This document shows positions 1 through 10,379 of a DNA stretch of 64,000 nt, piece after piece (positions within the stretch are counted from its first letter, which is position 1; each line of letters starts with the position of its first letter). The position numbers and the translations under genes were made by a program. The notes below the pieces were generated by a model. It searched no databases. It was given only the letters and a program-made list of their open reading frames with translations, and was not told the origin of the DNA. The stretch is taken from the sequence record NC_015287.1. One strand, 5' to 3'.

Positions 1-474
1 TCTGAGGTTACTTCGGAACTAGAAGCACAATCTAATCTTGTAAACCTTTTAGGGGAGTACCAAATAGAGTATTTTAGTGAAGATTGTAGGCAGTTTAAGT
101 TCAAGAACTACTATGCCAAGAGTATAGTAAATGAAGATGGTAATATATTTGTCAATGGCAACCGTGCCTTGTTTCTAGAACCCATACAAGCAACATCTCT
201 TGGTTGTTATGGTATTATAAATGGAATGATTATAGATAAGATCCTAGATGATAAGTACGATAACGATATGTACCATCATATTATGGATGAGGTGATTAAG
301 TTTATCAACTTACACTATCTAAATGGTTCAAACTTTGATACTCCTTTCTGGCAGATGGCTAGTAAGGGTGCGAAAGAACTTTATGAGGGGATCGATCCCA
401 CTAAATGTAATTGGAATTACATACTAGATTGGAACCCACAATTCAGACAGAAAATGTTTGATAGTTTTTTATAA
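1..474 (+). CDS. Tryptophan-halogenase (PrnA)-like flavoprotein, 5'-truncated by window edge
   Basis: Frame 1 is open from base 1; NGNRALFLEPIQATS resembles the halogenase GxxxxFxEPLEST motif; C-terminal TPFW. The ORF-track start at 169 is internal. Confidence 0.6.
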   Translation, partial: SEVTSELEAQSNLVNLLGEYQIEYFSEDCRQFKFKNYYAKSIVNEDGNIFVNGNRALFLEPIQATSLGCYGIINGMIIDKILDDKYDNDMYHHIMDEVIKFINLHYLNGSNFDTPFWQMASKGAKELYEGIDPTKCNWNYILDWNPQFRQKMFDSFL

Positions 475-510
475 ACTGCTCGTATATATAGTGTAATTCG
501 CTATAAGATT

Positions 511-705
511 ATGTTAGCCTTTTTACTACCCTTTGCATCTAAGATTGTATCAGATGCCGTCGCTAAGATCCCCGATGACGCGGAACTTGGTGAGAAATTA
601 ATCGACTTGTGCCTCGTTATTCTGTCTAAGGCAGTCAAAATGACTAAGACAGACATGGATGACAAGTTACTTGAGACCGTTAAAGCTGCGATTCAAAGCC
701 GCTAA
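511..705 (+). CDS. Small hypothetical protein (cyanophage type)
   Basis: 64 aa ORF, clean ATG/TAA, helical amphipathic sequence. Confidence 0.7.
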   Translation: MLAFLLPFASKIVSDAVAKIPDDAELGEKLIDLCLVILSKAVKMTKTDMDDKLLETVKAAIQSR

Positions 706-709
706 ACCA

Positions 710-715
710 TAAATA
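710..715 (+). promoter_or_regulatory. T4-like late promoter (TAAATA)
   Basis: ATAAATA in intergenic space 35 nt before ATG 751; gp33 is in the window. Confidence 0.6.
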
Positions 716-750
716 AATCTAGAAAGTAGTCTTAATTTGGAGAAAAGCCC

Positions 751-1314
751 ATGCCTCTTTGGGGAGCAACCGACTCAGACGAGTCAAAGCCTAAGTTTCT
801 GACAGACGAACAGAAGAAGCAATGTTTTGCTACAAAGTCTGGTTGGGTGTTGGAAAATGGTGCATTAACAGGTAACGATAATCCTAATGCAGATCCAGAA
901 ATTCTGGTTGCAATCGGAGAACTCGCTACAAGTATCGGAAGTGCAGACATTACCGAACTTGAGTTCATCACAACATCATTTGACAAGTCAGATGGTGGAA
1001 CTCTACAGGTAAGAGTAAGATTCAACGAAGCAGTTGATGTTACAGGCACACCACAACTTACAGTGGTCAATGACCAACGAGCAAACCATACATTGTCATA
1101 TGCCTCAGGTACAGGCAGTAATGAATTAGTATTCTCACTCACAATCGCCGCTGGTAACGCAGCGACTTCTGCTGGTGACGAACTATCATTAGGAGCAAAC
1201 GCAGTTGCACTTAACGGTGGAACCATTAAGGACGCTGGTACATCTACCAACGCCACAATTACTAATGCTGCTGGTGTTGGAACTGCTGCTGGTACAATTA
1301 CAGTTGTTGCATAA
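751..1314 (+). CDS. Putative virion structural protein with Ig-like/adhesin module
   Basis: VRFNEAVDVTGTPQLTV...SYASGTGSNELVF...GGTIKD repeat-type domain; late promoter upstream; RBS GGAG. Confidence 0.55.
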   Translation: MPLWGATDSDESKPKFLTDEQKKQCFATKSGWVLENGALTGNDNPNADPEILVAIGELATSIGSADITELEFITTSFDKSDGGTLQVRVRFNEAVDVTGTPQLTVVNDQRANHTLSYASGTGSNELVFSLTIAAGNAATSAGDELSLGANAVALNGGTIKDAGTSTNATITNAAGVGTAAGTITVVA

Positions 1315-1341
1315 CAACCTACATAATATAGAATTAAATGA

Positions 1342-1716
1342 TTGATGAAGTTTTCAGAACTGAATGAAAATAATTATGTAATCTTTGCAATTAAGAATTA
1401 CGAAAACCCTCACGCAGTCACTAAAGAAGATTTTGAAGAGGATCTGAAAAGATTCAAATGGGTAAAGAGGCTTTTGAAACGCTACAAAACAACTGGCGTT
1501 TTGAAAGCCCATTTACTTATTAACCACTTTATAATCCTTTATAATGTTTTTGGTGAGGCCGCCACACCTCTTCTATTTTTTAAGATAGATAAGGATCTTT
1601 GGCCTGTTGTTAAAACTTTTGTTGTATACTTAGGTAGATTTCCTGAGTATCCTAAATCGACACTCCATGATGTGCCGATGGATGATAATTGTTTAAAGTG
1701 TCTCAAAGAACTATGA
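1342..1716 (+). CDS. Conserved T4-like cyanophage hypothetical protein
   Basis: 124 aa; FAIKNYENP...DFEEDLKRFKWVKRLL...LINH motif. Confidence 0.75.
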   Translation: MMKFSELNENNYVIFAIKNYENPHAVTKEDFEEDLKRFKWVKRLLKRYKTTGVLKAHLLINHFIILYNVFGEAATPLLFFKIDKDLWPVVKTFVVYLGRFPEYPKSTLHDVPMDDNCLKCLKEL

Positions 1717-1886
1717 AGACCTACAAGGAACTTAAAGAAATGATGGCTGTCGGTACAGGTGGTTTCACTTCTGCTGCAGATTCTAAAGGTCCTGTTGCTG
1801 GATATGACTTGCCTTTTGGTGGTATGATTAGAAGATGGTACACCGCTGCTAAGCAAACTCAGAAAAGAAAGAAAGATGGACGTTAA
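1713..1886 (+). CDS. Hypothetical protein
   Basis: ATGA overlap with previous stop makes 1713 the likely start. Confidence 0.6.
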   Translation: MKTYKELKEMMAVGTGGFTSAADSKGPVAGYDLPFGGMIRRWYTAAKQTQKRKKDGR

Positions 1887-2301
1887 TTCTGCCATATTAG
1901 AAAGATTAGAAAAAGTTGTAGATACCCTTCAAGAAAACTCAGTCAAGATGGGTCAACTTCTAGCAGTCCATAACGAGAAATTAGATAAACAAGATCGTAT
2001 CGATGCAGTTCTATTTGAGAAAGTAGAGAAACTTCATGAGTGTGTCGAACAGAGATCGAAAGAAATTAAAGAAGGATGTGAAAGAGATATAAGATTGGTC
2101 GATAAGCGTCTCAGAACGCTGGAAAGGAAGATGTGGAGTATCGCTGGTGGTATTGCGGTTATCTCCTGTCTAGTCTCTCCTGTGGGTCAGAGAATCATCA
2201 AGGGGTTGTCAACACCACAGACATCTGTTATACTAGAAGAACGTAGAGCAGACGATCTTGGATCTAGTAGACAGCAAATACATCAGTCTGGTATCATCTA
2301 G
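1876..2301 (+). CDS. Coiled-coil protein with C-terminal hydrophobic segment
   Basis: Heptad-rich N-terminus then WSIAGGIAVISCLV. Confidence 0.7.
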   Translation: MDVNSAILERLEKVVDTLQENSVKMGQLLAVHNEKLDKQDRIDAVLFEKVEKLHECVEQRSKEIKEGCERDIRLVDKRLRTLERKMWSIAGGIAVISCLVSPVGQRIIKGLSTPQTSVILEERRADDLGSSRQQIHQSGII

Positions 2302-3259
2302 ACTCCAAAAGTTTTCAAAGAAGAGTAGAGGATTATACAATTTTAGATGCCCTTACTGTGGGGATTCTAGTAAGTATAAGAATAAAGCAAGGGGATTCCT
2401 ATATCCTATAAAGAACGATTATAATTTCAAGTGTCACAACTGTGGCGTTTCTAAAACACTTACCAACTTTCTTAAGGATCAGGATACTATACTGCACAAG
2501 CAGTATATTATGGAGAGGTACAAAAAAGGTACTGTGGGACTGGGTTCTAACACTCCTGTACCTAAATTTGAACTACCAAAACCTGTATTTATCAAAGACA
2601 AATTTAAGATAGATTTAGAAAATATCGCCAGTCTAAATAAATCACACCCCGCTCGAATATATCTAGAACAGAGTAGACAGATTGCTGGCGAAACGCTAGA
2701 AAATTTGTACTATTGTAGAAACTTTAAAGAGTGGACTAATGCACAAAAGCACACGTTTGATGATGTCAACAATGATGAACCAAGAATCATCATTCCGCTT
2801 AGGTACAAAGGTACACTTGTAGGATACCAAGGGAGGTCGCTAGTCCCTAGATCCAAGATCAAATACATCACGATCATGTTGGAGGAGGATGCTCCGAAGA
2901 TTTATGGTCTCGACGATATCAATACTGGAAAAACTGTTTACGTTACGGAAGGACCATTTGACTCCACATTCATTTCTAATTCTATCGCAATGTGTGGAGC
3001 GGATGGTGATGTCTCCAAGTGGGGAATCACTAACCCTGTGTGGATATATGACAACGAACCACGGAACAGACAAATAGTTGAAAGACTTGCCGCCACTATT
3101 GATAGGGGCGATAGAGTCGTGATCTTTCCTAAGAATATTCTTGAAAAGGACATAAACGACATGTATCTTAGTGGACAGAAAGTGCAAAGAGTGGTAGACT
3201 CAAATATCTACCAAGGTCTAGAAGCCAAATTAAAATTACAAGACTGGAAACGAGTATGA
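2258..3259 (+). CDS. gp61: DNA primase (T4 gp61-like)
   Basis: Zn finger CPYCGDS...CHNC; RIIIP, YQGRSL, TOPRIM VTEGPFDS, DNEPRN, KDINDM; TTG start. Confidence 0.95.
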   Translation: MDLVDSKYISLVSSRLQKFSKKSRGLYNFRCPYCGDSSKYKNKARGFLYPIKNDYNFKCHNCGVSKTLTNFLKDQDTILHKQYIMERYKKGTVGLGSNTPVPKFELPKPVFIKDKFKIDLENIASLNKSHPARIYLEQSRQIAGETLENLYYCRNFKEWTNAQKHTFDDVNNDEPRIIIPLRYKGTLVGYQGRSLVPRSKIKYITIMLEEDAPKIYGLDDINTGKTVYVTEGPFDSTFISNSIAMCGADGDVSKWGITNPVWIYDNEPRNRQIVERLAATIDRGDRVVIFPKNILEKDINDMYLSGQKVQRVVDSNIYQGLEAKLKLQDWKRV

Positions 3260-5556
3260 GCAATGGTATTAAAGTAGTCAAGAGAGCAGGGCATATTGAA
3301 CCTCTTGACTTAGAGAAGATGCACAAGATGGTTGAACTAGCTTGTGATGGTCTTGCAGGGGTATCTGCAAGTCAAGTTGAAATCCAATCTGGAATTCAAT
3401 TTTATGATGGTATGACCACTGCTGAAATCCAAGGAATCCTTGTCAAGTCCGCAAGTGACCTCATAGATTTGGATGCACCAAACTACCAATACGTTGCTGC
3501 CAGACTTCTTCTCTTTGGTCTCCGTAAAAACTTATACGGTAGAATACATGAACTCCCAACACTACTTGATCAGATCAAGAGAGGAGTAGATAAAGGTATC
3601 TACGATGGTGATATACTCAATAAATATACCAAATCGGAGATTGAAGACCTAGATAAGATTATTGACCACGAACGTGACTATTTGTTCACCTACGCTGGTC
3701 TTAGACAAGTTGTTGATAAGTATTTGGTACAGGACAGAAGCACTGGTGCTCTTTATGAGACCCCTCAGTTCATGTACTTGCTTATTGCAATGACTATCTT
3801 TGCGGAGTATCCGCCAGAAAATAGAATAGATTACGTTACACGTTACTACAATGCCATTTCCCGACACAAAATCAACATACCGACCCCAATCATGGGCGGT
3901 GTCCGAACACCTATACGGCAATTTGCGTCTTGTGTTCTGGTTGATGTTGACGACACCTTGGATAGTATTTTTAGTTCTGATATGGCCATCGGTCGCTATG
4001 TCGCTCAAAGGGCTGGTATTGGTATCAACGCAGGCCGCATCCGTGGGATCAACAGTAAAATCAGAGGCGGAGAAGTACAGCACACTGGCGTTGTTCCGTT
4101 TCTCAAAAAATTTGAATCGACTGTCAGATGCTGCACTCAAAATGGCATCAGAGGTGGATCAGCTACGGTCCACTTTCCAATCTGGCACCAAGAAATAGAG
4201 GACATTTTAGTTCTCAAAAACAACAAAGGAACCGAAGATAACCGTGTCAGAAAACTCGACTACTCAATCCAAATCTCAAAACTCTTCTATGAAAGGTTTA
4301 TCGAAGATAAGGAAATCACGCTTTTTTCTCCCCATAGTTGTCCTAACTTGTTTGAGAGTTTTGGGACCCCTGACTTTGATGAGTTATATTGCCGTTACGA
4401 ACTGGATGAATCAATCCCCAAGCGAAAAGTTAGAGCTCAAGAACTGATCATGAACCTCCTTAAGGAGAGGGCAGAGACAGGTCGTATCTACATTATGAAT
4501 ATTGACCATTGTAATGACCACTCTTCCTTTAAGGACAAGGTGAGTATGAGTAATCTCTGTCAAGAGATCACTCTACCTACAGAACCTCTCCAACATATTG
4601 ATGCCATAGACGGTGAGATTGCACTCTGTATCCTATCTGCTATCAATGTAGGTAAGTTGACTAGGTTGGAGGAGTTGGAAGACCTCTGTGACCTCTCTGT
4701 GAGGTCTCTGGAGGAGTTGATTGACTATCAAGATTATCCTGTGAAGGCTGCTGAACTTGCCACATTGGGTCGTAGATCCCTTGGAGTGGGTTATATCGGT
4801 CTCGCACATTATCTTGCTAAACATGGGTGGAAGTACGACTCACAGGATGCCTGGGACGCAGTACACAAACTTACTGAGTCATTCCAGTATTACCTATTGA
4901 AATCTTCCAATCAACTTGCTAAAGAGAAGGGTTGTTGTACTGATTTCTTCAGCACAAAATACTCTGATGGAATCCTACCGATTGATACATACAAAAGAGA
5001 TGTAGATGAAATTACAAAGGTAGGTTTGAAACATGATTGGGAATCTCTTAGAGCATCTATCGTGGAACACGGACTCAGGCACAGCACGTTGTCCGCACAG
5101 ATGCCTTCGGAGAGCAGTTCCGTTGTGTCAAATGCCACAAATGGAATCGAACCACCTAGAGATTACTTGTCCATTAAAAAATCAAAGAAAGGACCTCTTA
5201 AGCAAGTGGTTCCGTCTTATGGACACTTGAAAAATAATTATACTTTGCTCTGGGATATGGAGGGAAATGATGGATACATCAAAGTAGTTGCAGTAATGCA
5301 GAAGTTCTTTGATCAGGCTATCAGTGGTAACTGGAGTTACAATCCAACCCAGTATCCAGACAATGAAGTGCCTATTTCTGTTATGGCACAGGATCTTCTC
5401 AAGACATACAAGTATGGATGGAAGACCTCATACTATCAGAATACTTATGACATGAAGAGTGATGATGTAGATGATGTTGAAGAAGTGAAACCACAATTAG
5501 AAAAACTATTCACCGAACTATCAGAGGAGCAAGAGTGTGACAGTTGCACCATCTAG
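3256..5556 (+). CDS. nrdA: Ribonucleotide reductase class Ia, alpha subunit
   Basis: ATP cone; PTPIM, SCVL, SNLCQEI, CILSAIN, QMPSESSS; C-terminal CxxC (CDSC). Confidence 0.98.
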   Translation: MSNGIKVVKRAGHIEPLDLEKMHKMVELACDGLAGVSASQVEIQSGIQFYDGMTTAEIQGILVKSASDLIDLDAPNYQYVAARLLLFGLRKNLYGRIHELPTLLDQIKRGVDKGIYDGDILNKYTKSEIEDLDKIIDHERDYLFTYAGLRQVVDKYLVQDRSTGALYETPQFMYLLIAMTIFAEYPPENRIDYVTRYYNAISRHKINIPTPIMGGVRTPIRQFASCVLVDVDDTLDSIFSSDMAIGRYVAQRAGIGINAGRIRGINSKIRGGEVQHTGVVPFLKKFESTVRCCTQNGIRGGSATVHFPIWHQEIEDILVLKNNKGTEDNRVRKLDYSIQISKLFYERFIEDKEITLFSPHSCPNLFESFGTPDFDELYCRYELDESIPKRKVRAQELIMNLLKERAETGRIYIMNIDHCNDHSSFKDKVSMSNLCQEITLPTEPLQHIDAIDGEIALCILSAINVGKLTRLEELEDLCDLSVRSLEELIDYQDYPVKAAELATLGRRSLGVGYIGLAHYLAKHGWKYDSQDAWDAVHKLTESFQYYLLKSSNQLAKEKGCCTDFFSTKYSDGILPIDTYKRDVDEITKVGLKHDWESLRASIVEHGLRHSTLSAQMPSESSSVVSNATNGIEPPRDYLSIKKSKKGPLKQVVPSYGHLKNNYTLLWDMEGNDGYIKVVAVMQKFFDQAISGNWSYNPTQYPDNEVPISVMAQDLLKTYKYGWKTSYYQNTYDMKSDDVDDVEEVKPQLEKLFTELSEEQECDSCTI

Positions 5557-6703
5557 CAGAAAAGTAGAAAGAATGACTGTTTTTAATAAGAGTCATGTAG
5601 ATACCAAGTCTCAGCCTATGTTTTTTGGAGCACCATTGGGTGTCCAAAGGTATGATGAATACAAGTATCCAGTGTTTGATAAACTTACAACTCAAATGCT
5701 TGGATACTTCTGGAGACCAGAGGAGGTTTCCTTACAGAAGGACAGATCAGACTATCAATCTCTACGTCCAGAACAGAAACACATCTTTACTTCCAATCTA
5801 AAATACCAAATTCTTTTAGATTCTGTACAAGGTCGTGGTCCTGGAATGGCTTTCGCACCCTATTGTGCATTGCCTGAACTGGAAGGAGCTATGAATGTGT
5901 GGCAATTTATGGAGATGATACATTCTAGATCCTATACATATATTATCAAGAACGTGTATCCTAATCCAGCGGAAGTCTTTGACACGATTCTAGATGATGA
6001 AAAGATTTTAAAGAGAGCAAACTCTGTAACAGCATCCTACGACGACTTTATTAATGATGCCCAAGAGTATGGGCAGGGACGTATGTGGGAAAAAGACTGG
6101 AAAGATTCACCTTCATCACAGTGGACAATTCATGAACTCAAAAGAAAACTCTATCGAGCAGTCGCAAATGTCAATATCTTGGAAGGAATTAGGTTCTATG
6201 TCTCCTTCGCGTGCTCGTTTGCTTTTGGAGAGCTTAAGCTTATGGAAGGATCGGCAAAAATCATTAGCCTTATCTCAAGAGATGAAAACCAACACCTCGT
6301 CCTCACGCAAAACATATTAAAGAACTGGATGAACGGCGATGATCCAGAGATGAAACAGATCGCTGATGAAGAAAGAAACAATGTAATAGGCATGTTCAGA
6401 AATGCCGTTGAAGAAGAGAAAGAATGGGCAGAGTATCTGTTCAGTGGTGGTTCTATGATTGGTTTGAATGACAAACTACTCAATCAATATGTTGAGTGGA
6501 TTGCTAACAAGAGAATGAAAGCTCTTGGGTTTGATCCTATCTACGATCAACCATTAAGAAATAATCCATTGCCTTGGACACAACACTGGATCTCATCTAA
6601 GGGATTACAGGTTGCACCACAGGAAACAGAGGTCGAATCCTATGTGGTTGGTGGTATCAAACAAGATATCAAGAAGAACCAGTTCAGCGGATTCAAACTG
6701 TAG
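5537..6703 (+). CDS. nrdB: Ribonucleotide reductase class Ia, beta subunit
   Basis: FWRPEEV, EMIHSRSY, LEGIRFYVSF, RDENQH, VAPQETE; start GTG 5537 (AGGAG upstream) or ATG 5573. Confidence 0.97.
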   Translation: MTVAPSSRKVERMTVFNKSHVDTKSQPMFFGAPLGVQRYDEYKYPVFDKLTTQMLGYFWRPEEVSLQKDRSDYQSLRPEQKHIFTSNLKYQILLDSVQGRGPGMAFAPYCALPELEGAMNVWQFMEMIHSRSYTYIIKNVYPNPAEVFDTILDDEKILKRANSVTASYDDFINDAQEYGQGRMWEKDWKDSPSSQWTIHELKRKLYRAVANVNILEGIRFYVSFACSFAFGELKLMEGSAKIISLISRDENQHLVLTQNILKNWMNGDDPEMKQIADEERNNVIGMFRNAVEEEKEWAEYLFSGGSMIGLNDKLLNQYVEWIANKRMKALGFDPIYDQPLRNNPLPWTQHWISSKGLQVAPQETEVESYVVGGIKQDIKKNQFSGFKL

Positions 6704-6705
6704 AC

Positions 6706-6711
6706 TAAATA
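6706..6711 (+). promoter_or_regulatory. T4-like late promoter
   Basis: CTAAATA immediately after nrdB stop, ahead of fibre gene. Confidence 0.65.
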
Positions 6712-6734
6712 GTATAAAAGTAGTCCTGTAAAGA

Positions 6735-8879
6735 ATGGCTAAGCAACAAATTGGTGTGGGTTCTGCCAGTAATGATGGAACAGGAGACACCCTGCGACAA
6801 GGAGCAGTAAAGGTAAACGCAAACTTTAGCGAGATATACTCGGTATTTGGTGATGCGACTAATTTGGTAAGCTTTGCCAAGACTTCTGGTATCTCCAGTG
6901 ACTCTAATAAGTTTGGTGGTCAGATACCTTCTTTCTATCAGGATGCAACTAATTTAACCTCTGGTTTACTTTCACCCGATCGTTTACCAGAGGTTGTTGT
7001 AGCGACTGCTTTTAGTGGTGGGTTGATAGGAAGTGTAACTGGTAACGTTACAGGTGATCTCACTGGTACTGCATCTACATCTGTCAATGCTGCGGTTGCA
7101 TATGCCGTAACTGGACAACCAGATCTCTTAGCAAGGGATATAGTTGCAGTCAGTATTGCTTGTACTAACGTTATAGGTGATCTTACTGGGGCTGCAGCGT
7201 ATGCTCAGACCTCTGGACTTTCAAACTATTCTTTTGTATCTGGTCTTTCTACAAACTCTCAGAGATCAGTATATTCTCAACTCTCTGGTGTATCTACTGT
7301 ATCTGGTTATGCAACTACTGCTGGTATCGCCACTCTTGCAGTCAACTCTCAAGGTCTAACTGGATCACCTGATATTGTTGTTGGTCTTGCTAGTGGAACG
7401 TTTAAGGGTGATGGATCTCAACTGACTGGAGTTGTTGCTGCATCTTCTGGTATCCTTATTAGGGATAACGATACTCCTATTGGTATTGCTGCTAGTGTTA
7501 ATTTTGGATATGGTGCAACAGTATCACCTTTATCTGCTGGTATTGTTACCGTAACTGCTGTCACCCAATACGATCAATTAGAAATTTCTGGTGTCTCAAC
7601 CTTTACTGGAGACATCAAACCAAATGGAAACATTACAGGTGATGGCAACACAGTTATAACTGGTGTATCATCGGCTTACATCACTGATCTTCATGGTGGA
7701 TTGATTGGAAATGTAATCACCGCAGCACAACCAAACATCACATCACTAGGTACTCTAACTTCATTGAATGTTAGTGGTGACGTAAGTATTGGTGGAACAT
7801 TAACATACGAAGATGTAACTAATATTGATTCTGTTGGTTTGATCACCGCAAGATCTGGTATGGTTGCAACTGGTGTCGTAACTGCGACAGCATTTAGTGG
7901 ACCTTTGATCGGAAATGCAGACACTGCCACTAGTTCTGGAACTGCAACTACGGCGACCAGAGCAAATAACATTGCAGTTGTCGATGAATCTACAGATACA
8001 ACATGTAGTGTGTTGTATACTAATGCTGCCTCAGGTTATCAGGCTGCCAAAACAGGAACTAACTTACTGTTTGATGCAGTACAGGGAACTCTAAAACCAA
8101 CTAATATTAACGCAACTGGTATTATAACTGCTAGTTCATTTAGTGGTAATGCTACGAGTGCCACTCAAGCTACCACTGCAAATGTAGCATCTGCTGTTCT
8201 CTTAAGTGATGAATCCTCAGACACTACTTGTTATCCTACATTTGCTAACTCAGGAATAGGTACACAGTCATTGAAGACTGGATCTAATTTATATTTCAAC
8301 TCTAATTCGGGTCAGTTATACGCTACACAATTCAGTGGTTCTGGAGCGGGTCTTTCTAATATACCAGCATCTGCTATTACTGGTCTTAATGTTGATACTA
8401 GACCAAACTTCCAGACAGCAGAATATAGCACAAAAACTACTTTTGATTTTACTCATAATTATACATCAGTGCCTAATATGTCTTGCACTATTACTCCTAC
8501 TAATTCAAATAGTAAGATTCTCATACAGGTTCTGATAATGGGTTGGGCATCAGGCGGTAAATATGATACTGTGTGGGGAATCCAAAGATCAATATCTGGT
8601 GGGTCTACAAACGATTTAACCTATCCAAATGACGGTCTCAGGCAAGGAAGTATGTATTATGAAACTGACACCACTCAAAACTATCAGGCACATTGTTTCC
8701 AGTACTGGTATGTGGATACTCCTGGCACGACAGCTGCAATAACATATACTCCAAGAATTAGAAATGGATATACTGCTGGAACCAGAACCTTCTATTTTAA
8801 CAGGGATTTTGGATATTTTAATTATCAAAGTTATAGAGTAGGTGGTAGTAGAATGTCAGTAATGGAGGTACAACCCTAA
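6735..8879 (+). CDS. Tail fibre-like protein
   Basis: N-terminal IGVGSASNDGTGDTLRQGAVKVNANFSEIY anchor; Gly/Ser/Thr/Ala-rich repeats (GIITASSFSG, FKGDGSQLTGV); aromatic-rich C-terminal head. Confidence 0.8.
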   Translation: MAKQQIGVGSASNDGTGDTLRQGAVKVNANFSEIYSVFGDATNLVSFAKTSGISSDSNKFGGQIPSFYQDATNLTSGLLSPDRLPEVVVATAFSGGLIGSVTGNVTGDLTGTASTSVNAAVAYAVTGQPDLLARDIVAVSIACTNVIGDLTGAAAYAQTSGLSNYSFVSGLSTNSQRSVYSQLSGVSTVSGYATTAGIATLAVNSQGLTGSPDIVVGLASGTFKGDGSQLTGVVAASSGILIRDNDTPIGIAASVNFGYGATVSPLSAGIVTVTAVTQYDQLEISGVSTFTGDIKPNGNITGDGNTVITGVSSAYITDLHGGLIGNVITAAQPNITSLGTLTSLNVSGDVSIGGTLTYEDVTNIDSVGLITARSGMVATGVVTATAFSGPLIGNADTATSSGTATTATRANNIAVVDESTDTTCSVLYTNAASGYQAAKTGTNLLFDAVQGTLKPTNINATGIITASSFSGNATSATQATTANVASAVLLSDESSDTTCYPTFANSGIGTQSLKTGSNLYFNSNSGQLYATQFSGSGAGLSNIPASAITGLNVDTRPNFQTAEYSTKTTFDFTHNYTSVPNMSCTITPTNSNSKILIQVLIMGWASGGKYDTVWGIQRSISGGSTNDLTYPNDGLRQGSMYYETDTTQNYQAHCFQYWYVDTPGTTAAITYTPRIRNGYTAGTRTFYFNRDFGYFNYQSYRVGGSRMSVMEVQP

Positions 8880-9187
8880 TGAATTACAATCACGAAGCAA
8901 TCCGTGCAGCATATCCAGATAAAAATTTATTAATCTGTGATGATGTTGGCATATTCGATAGAGATATCAGTGACACTACACCGTTTGAAATTGATCAAGC
9001 GTTAGTAGATGCAGCTGCAGTCACCACAGATAAAGAAAAACAGAACACTTACCATAAGTACATGCGTGAAAAAGAGTTCCGTGAGTTTGCAGACCCAATG
9101 TATTTCAAAGTGCAAAGAGGTGAAGTGACACAGGCAGAGTATGACGCGAAAGTCGAAGAGATTAGGACAAAATATCCTTATATATAA
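8879..9187 (+). CDS. Probable fibre assembly/chaperone-like protein
   Basis: Translationally coupled to fibre; ends EIRTKYPY, typical of small post-fibre genes. Confidence 0.5.
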   Translation: MNYNHEAIRAAYPDKNLLICDDVGIFDRDISDTTPFEIDQALVDAAAVTTDKEKQNTYHKYMREKEFREFADPMYFKVQRGEVTQAEYDAKVEEIRTKYPYI

Positions 9188-9208
9188 TAAGCCTTAAATT
9201 ATTATCCA

Positions 9209-9628
9209 ATGGCAGAAGCAGCGAAGACTCCTCCCAAAGAGGATAAACCAAAAGGTTTACTAGGTAAATTAAAAGAAGCATCGGAAGACAAAGAAGAACA
9301 GATGGCTATTCTGTCAACCTTTGTACGTCTAGGCATCTTGGTCTGGAGTGGTGCGATCTTGACTCTCGCATATGTAGAGTTACCACCAGCTCTTAAAATA
9401 CCTAAACAAGATCTTGATCCAACTTTCATAGCATCGGTCTTCACGGGCGTGCTGGCGACTTTTGGCGTTCAAGCTGGAAAGAGTAAGAATAATGGATCTA
9501 ATGGTGGTGGTGCAAACATATCTAAAAAAGATATGGAGATTCTTATTGAAAAGGCATCTCAGACTGCCCCTGCACAGGTAGTTCGTATCGAACAAGCTCC
9601 TGTAAAAATTGTCCCTGATCAAAAATAA
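9209..9628 (+). CDS. Two-TM membrane protein
   Basis: Hydrophobic segments ILSTFVRLGILVWSGAILTLAYV and FIASVFTGVLATFGV. Confidence 0.7.
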   Translation: MAEAAKTPPKEDKPKGLLGKLKEASEDKEEQMAILSTFVRLGILVWSGAILTLAYVELPPALKIPKQDLDPTFIASVFTGVLATFGVQAGKSKNNGSNGGGANISKKDMEILIEKASQTAPAQVVRIEQAPVKIVPDQK

Positions 9629-9629
9629 A

Positions 9630-9896
9630 ATGTTACAAAAAATCGTAAATGGAATCGCTATCGCAAGTGGTATTGTATCTCTCACCGTTGTGGGTACTGC
9701 TGGTTATCTATATCTTAACAAGGATGCTATTCTCGAAAACGTCAAATCTAAAGTGATGGAATCTGTCCTACCAGGCGGACTTAGTGGTGTTGGAGCATTG
9801 AGTGGTGCTGCAGGCTTAGGACTACCATCACCATCGACACCAGTGCCTGATGCGTCTGCTCCAGACTCTCCTTCTATTCCACCAATATCTTTTTAG
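9630..9896 (+). CDS. Single-pass membrane protein with Pro-rich tail
   Basis: ATG 9630; TM GIAIASGIVSLTVVGTAGYLYL. Confidence 0.65.
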   Translation: MLQKIVNGIAIASGIVSLTVVGTAGYLYLNKDAILENVKSKVMESVLPGGLSGVGALSGAAGLGLPSPSTPVPDASAPDSPSIPPISF

Positions 9897-9947
9897 TATC
9901 TCCTTGATACTAAATAGTTGCTCATAGTCACGCAAGGAGGAACCTTG

Positions 9948-10142
9948 ATGGACGAAGACAACGAACTCTGGTTTGACTTTAACATGAACTATACTTCTGT
10001 TAAACAAGTCTACACCTCATTATGTTTTCATTTGGAGAAATGGCCTGGAAACAGTATCGATCCAAACGAACAAGAACGTTTACAGGAATTAAAATCTAAT
10101 TTCTATAAACTTATGCTTGAAAAACAGTACATTTGTGAGTAA
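9948..10142 (+). CDS. Hypothetical protein
   Basis: RBS AGGAGG before ATG 9948; TAAATA at 9911-9916. Confidence 0.65.
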   Translation: MDEDNELWFDFNMNYTSVKQVYTSLCFHLEKWPGNSIDPNEQERLQELKSNFYKLMLEKQYICE

Positions 10143-10145
10143 ATT

Positions 10146-10379
10146 ATGAACATTAGAACATGCCCAAGGTGCGAAGCTAAATGGATAGACGAACAATTAT
10201 ATTGGTCAACAGGCAAAGAAGGTGATCCTCATGATCTTGCAGGGTTAGTATGCAATATTCAAGACTTTGAAGACTGCATCAACCCATGTAAGGGTTCCAC
10301 TAGTGGACAAACGTGGGAACAACGTAGAGCCTTTCTCGACGCTTGGAACGAGAATGGTACAATTAAAGATGACGACTAA
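10146..10379 (+). CDS. Cys-containing hypothetical protein
   Basis: CPRC...C...CINPC; 77 aa. Confidence 0.65.
   Translation: MNIRTCPRCEAKWIDEQLYWSTGKEGDPHDLAGLVCNIQDFEDCINPCKGSTSGQTWEQRRAFLDAWNENGTIKDDD

Noticed and set aside
732-1256. 174 aa minus-strand ORF, and similar antisense ORFs such as 3649..4140, 17993..18568, 19085..19420 and 52161..52526
   Set aside because: They fully shadow well-supported genes on the other strand and have no motifs; typical antisense artefacts of Gly/Ala/Thr-rich or biased coding sequence.
3256-6703. Possible introns or inteins in nrdA/nrdB (also checked psbA, thyX, tRNA-Leu)
   Set aside because: All are continuous ORFs or genes of normal length with no intein or intron signatures.
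8400-8879. Fibre tip as a diversity-generating retroelement target
   Set aside because: No reverse transcriptase and no template/variable repeat pair visible in the window.
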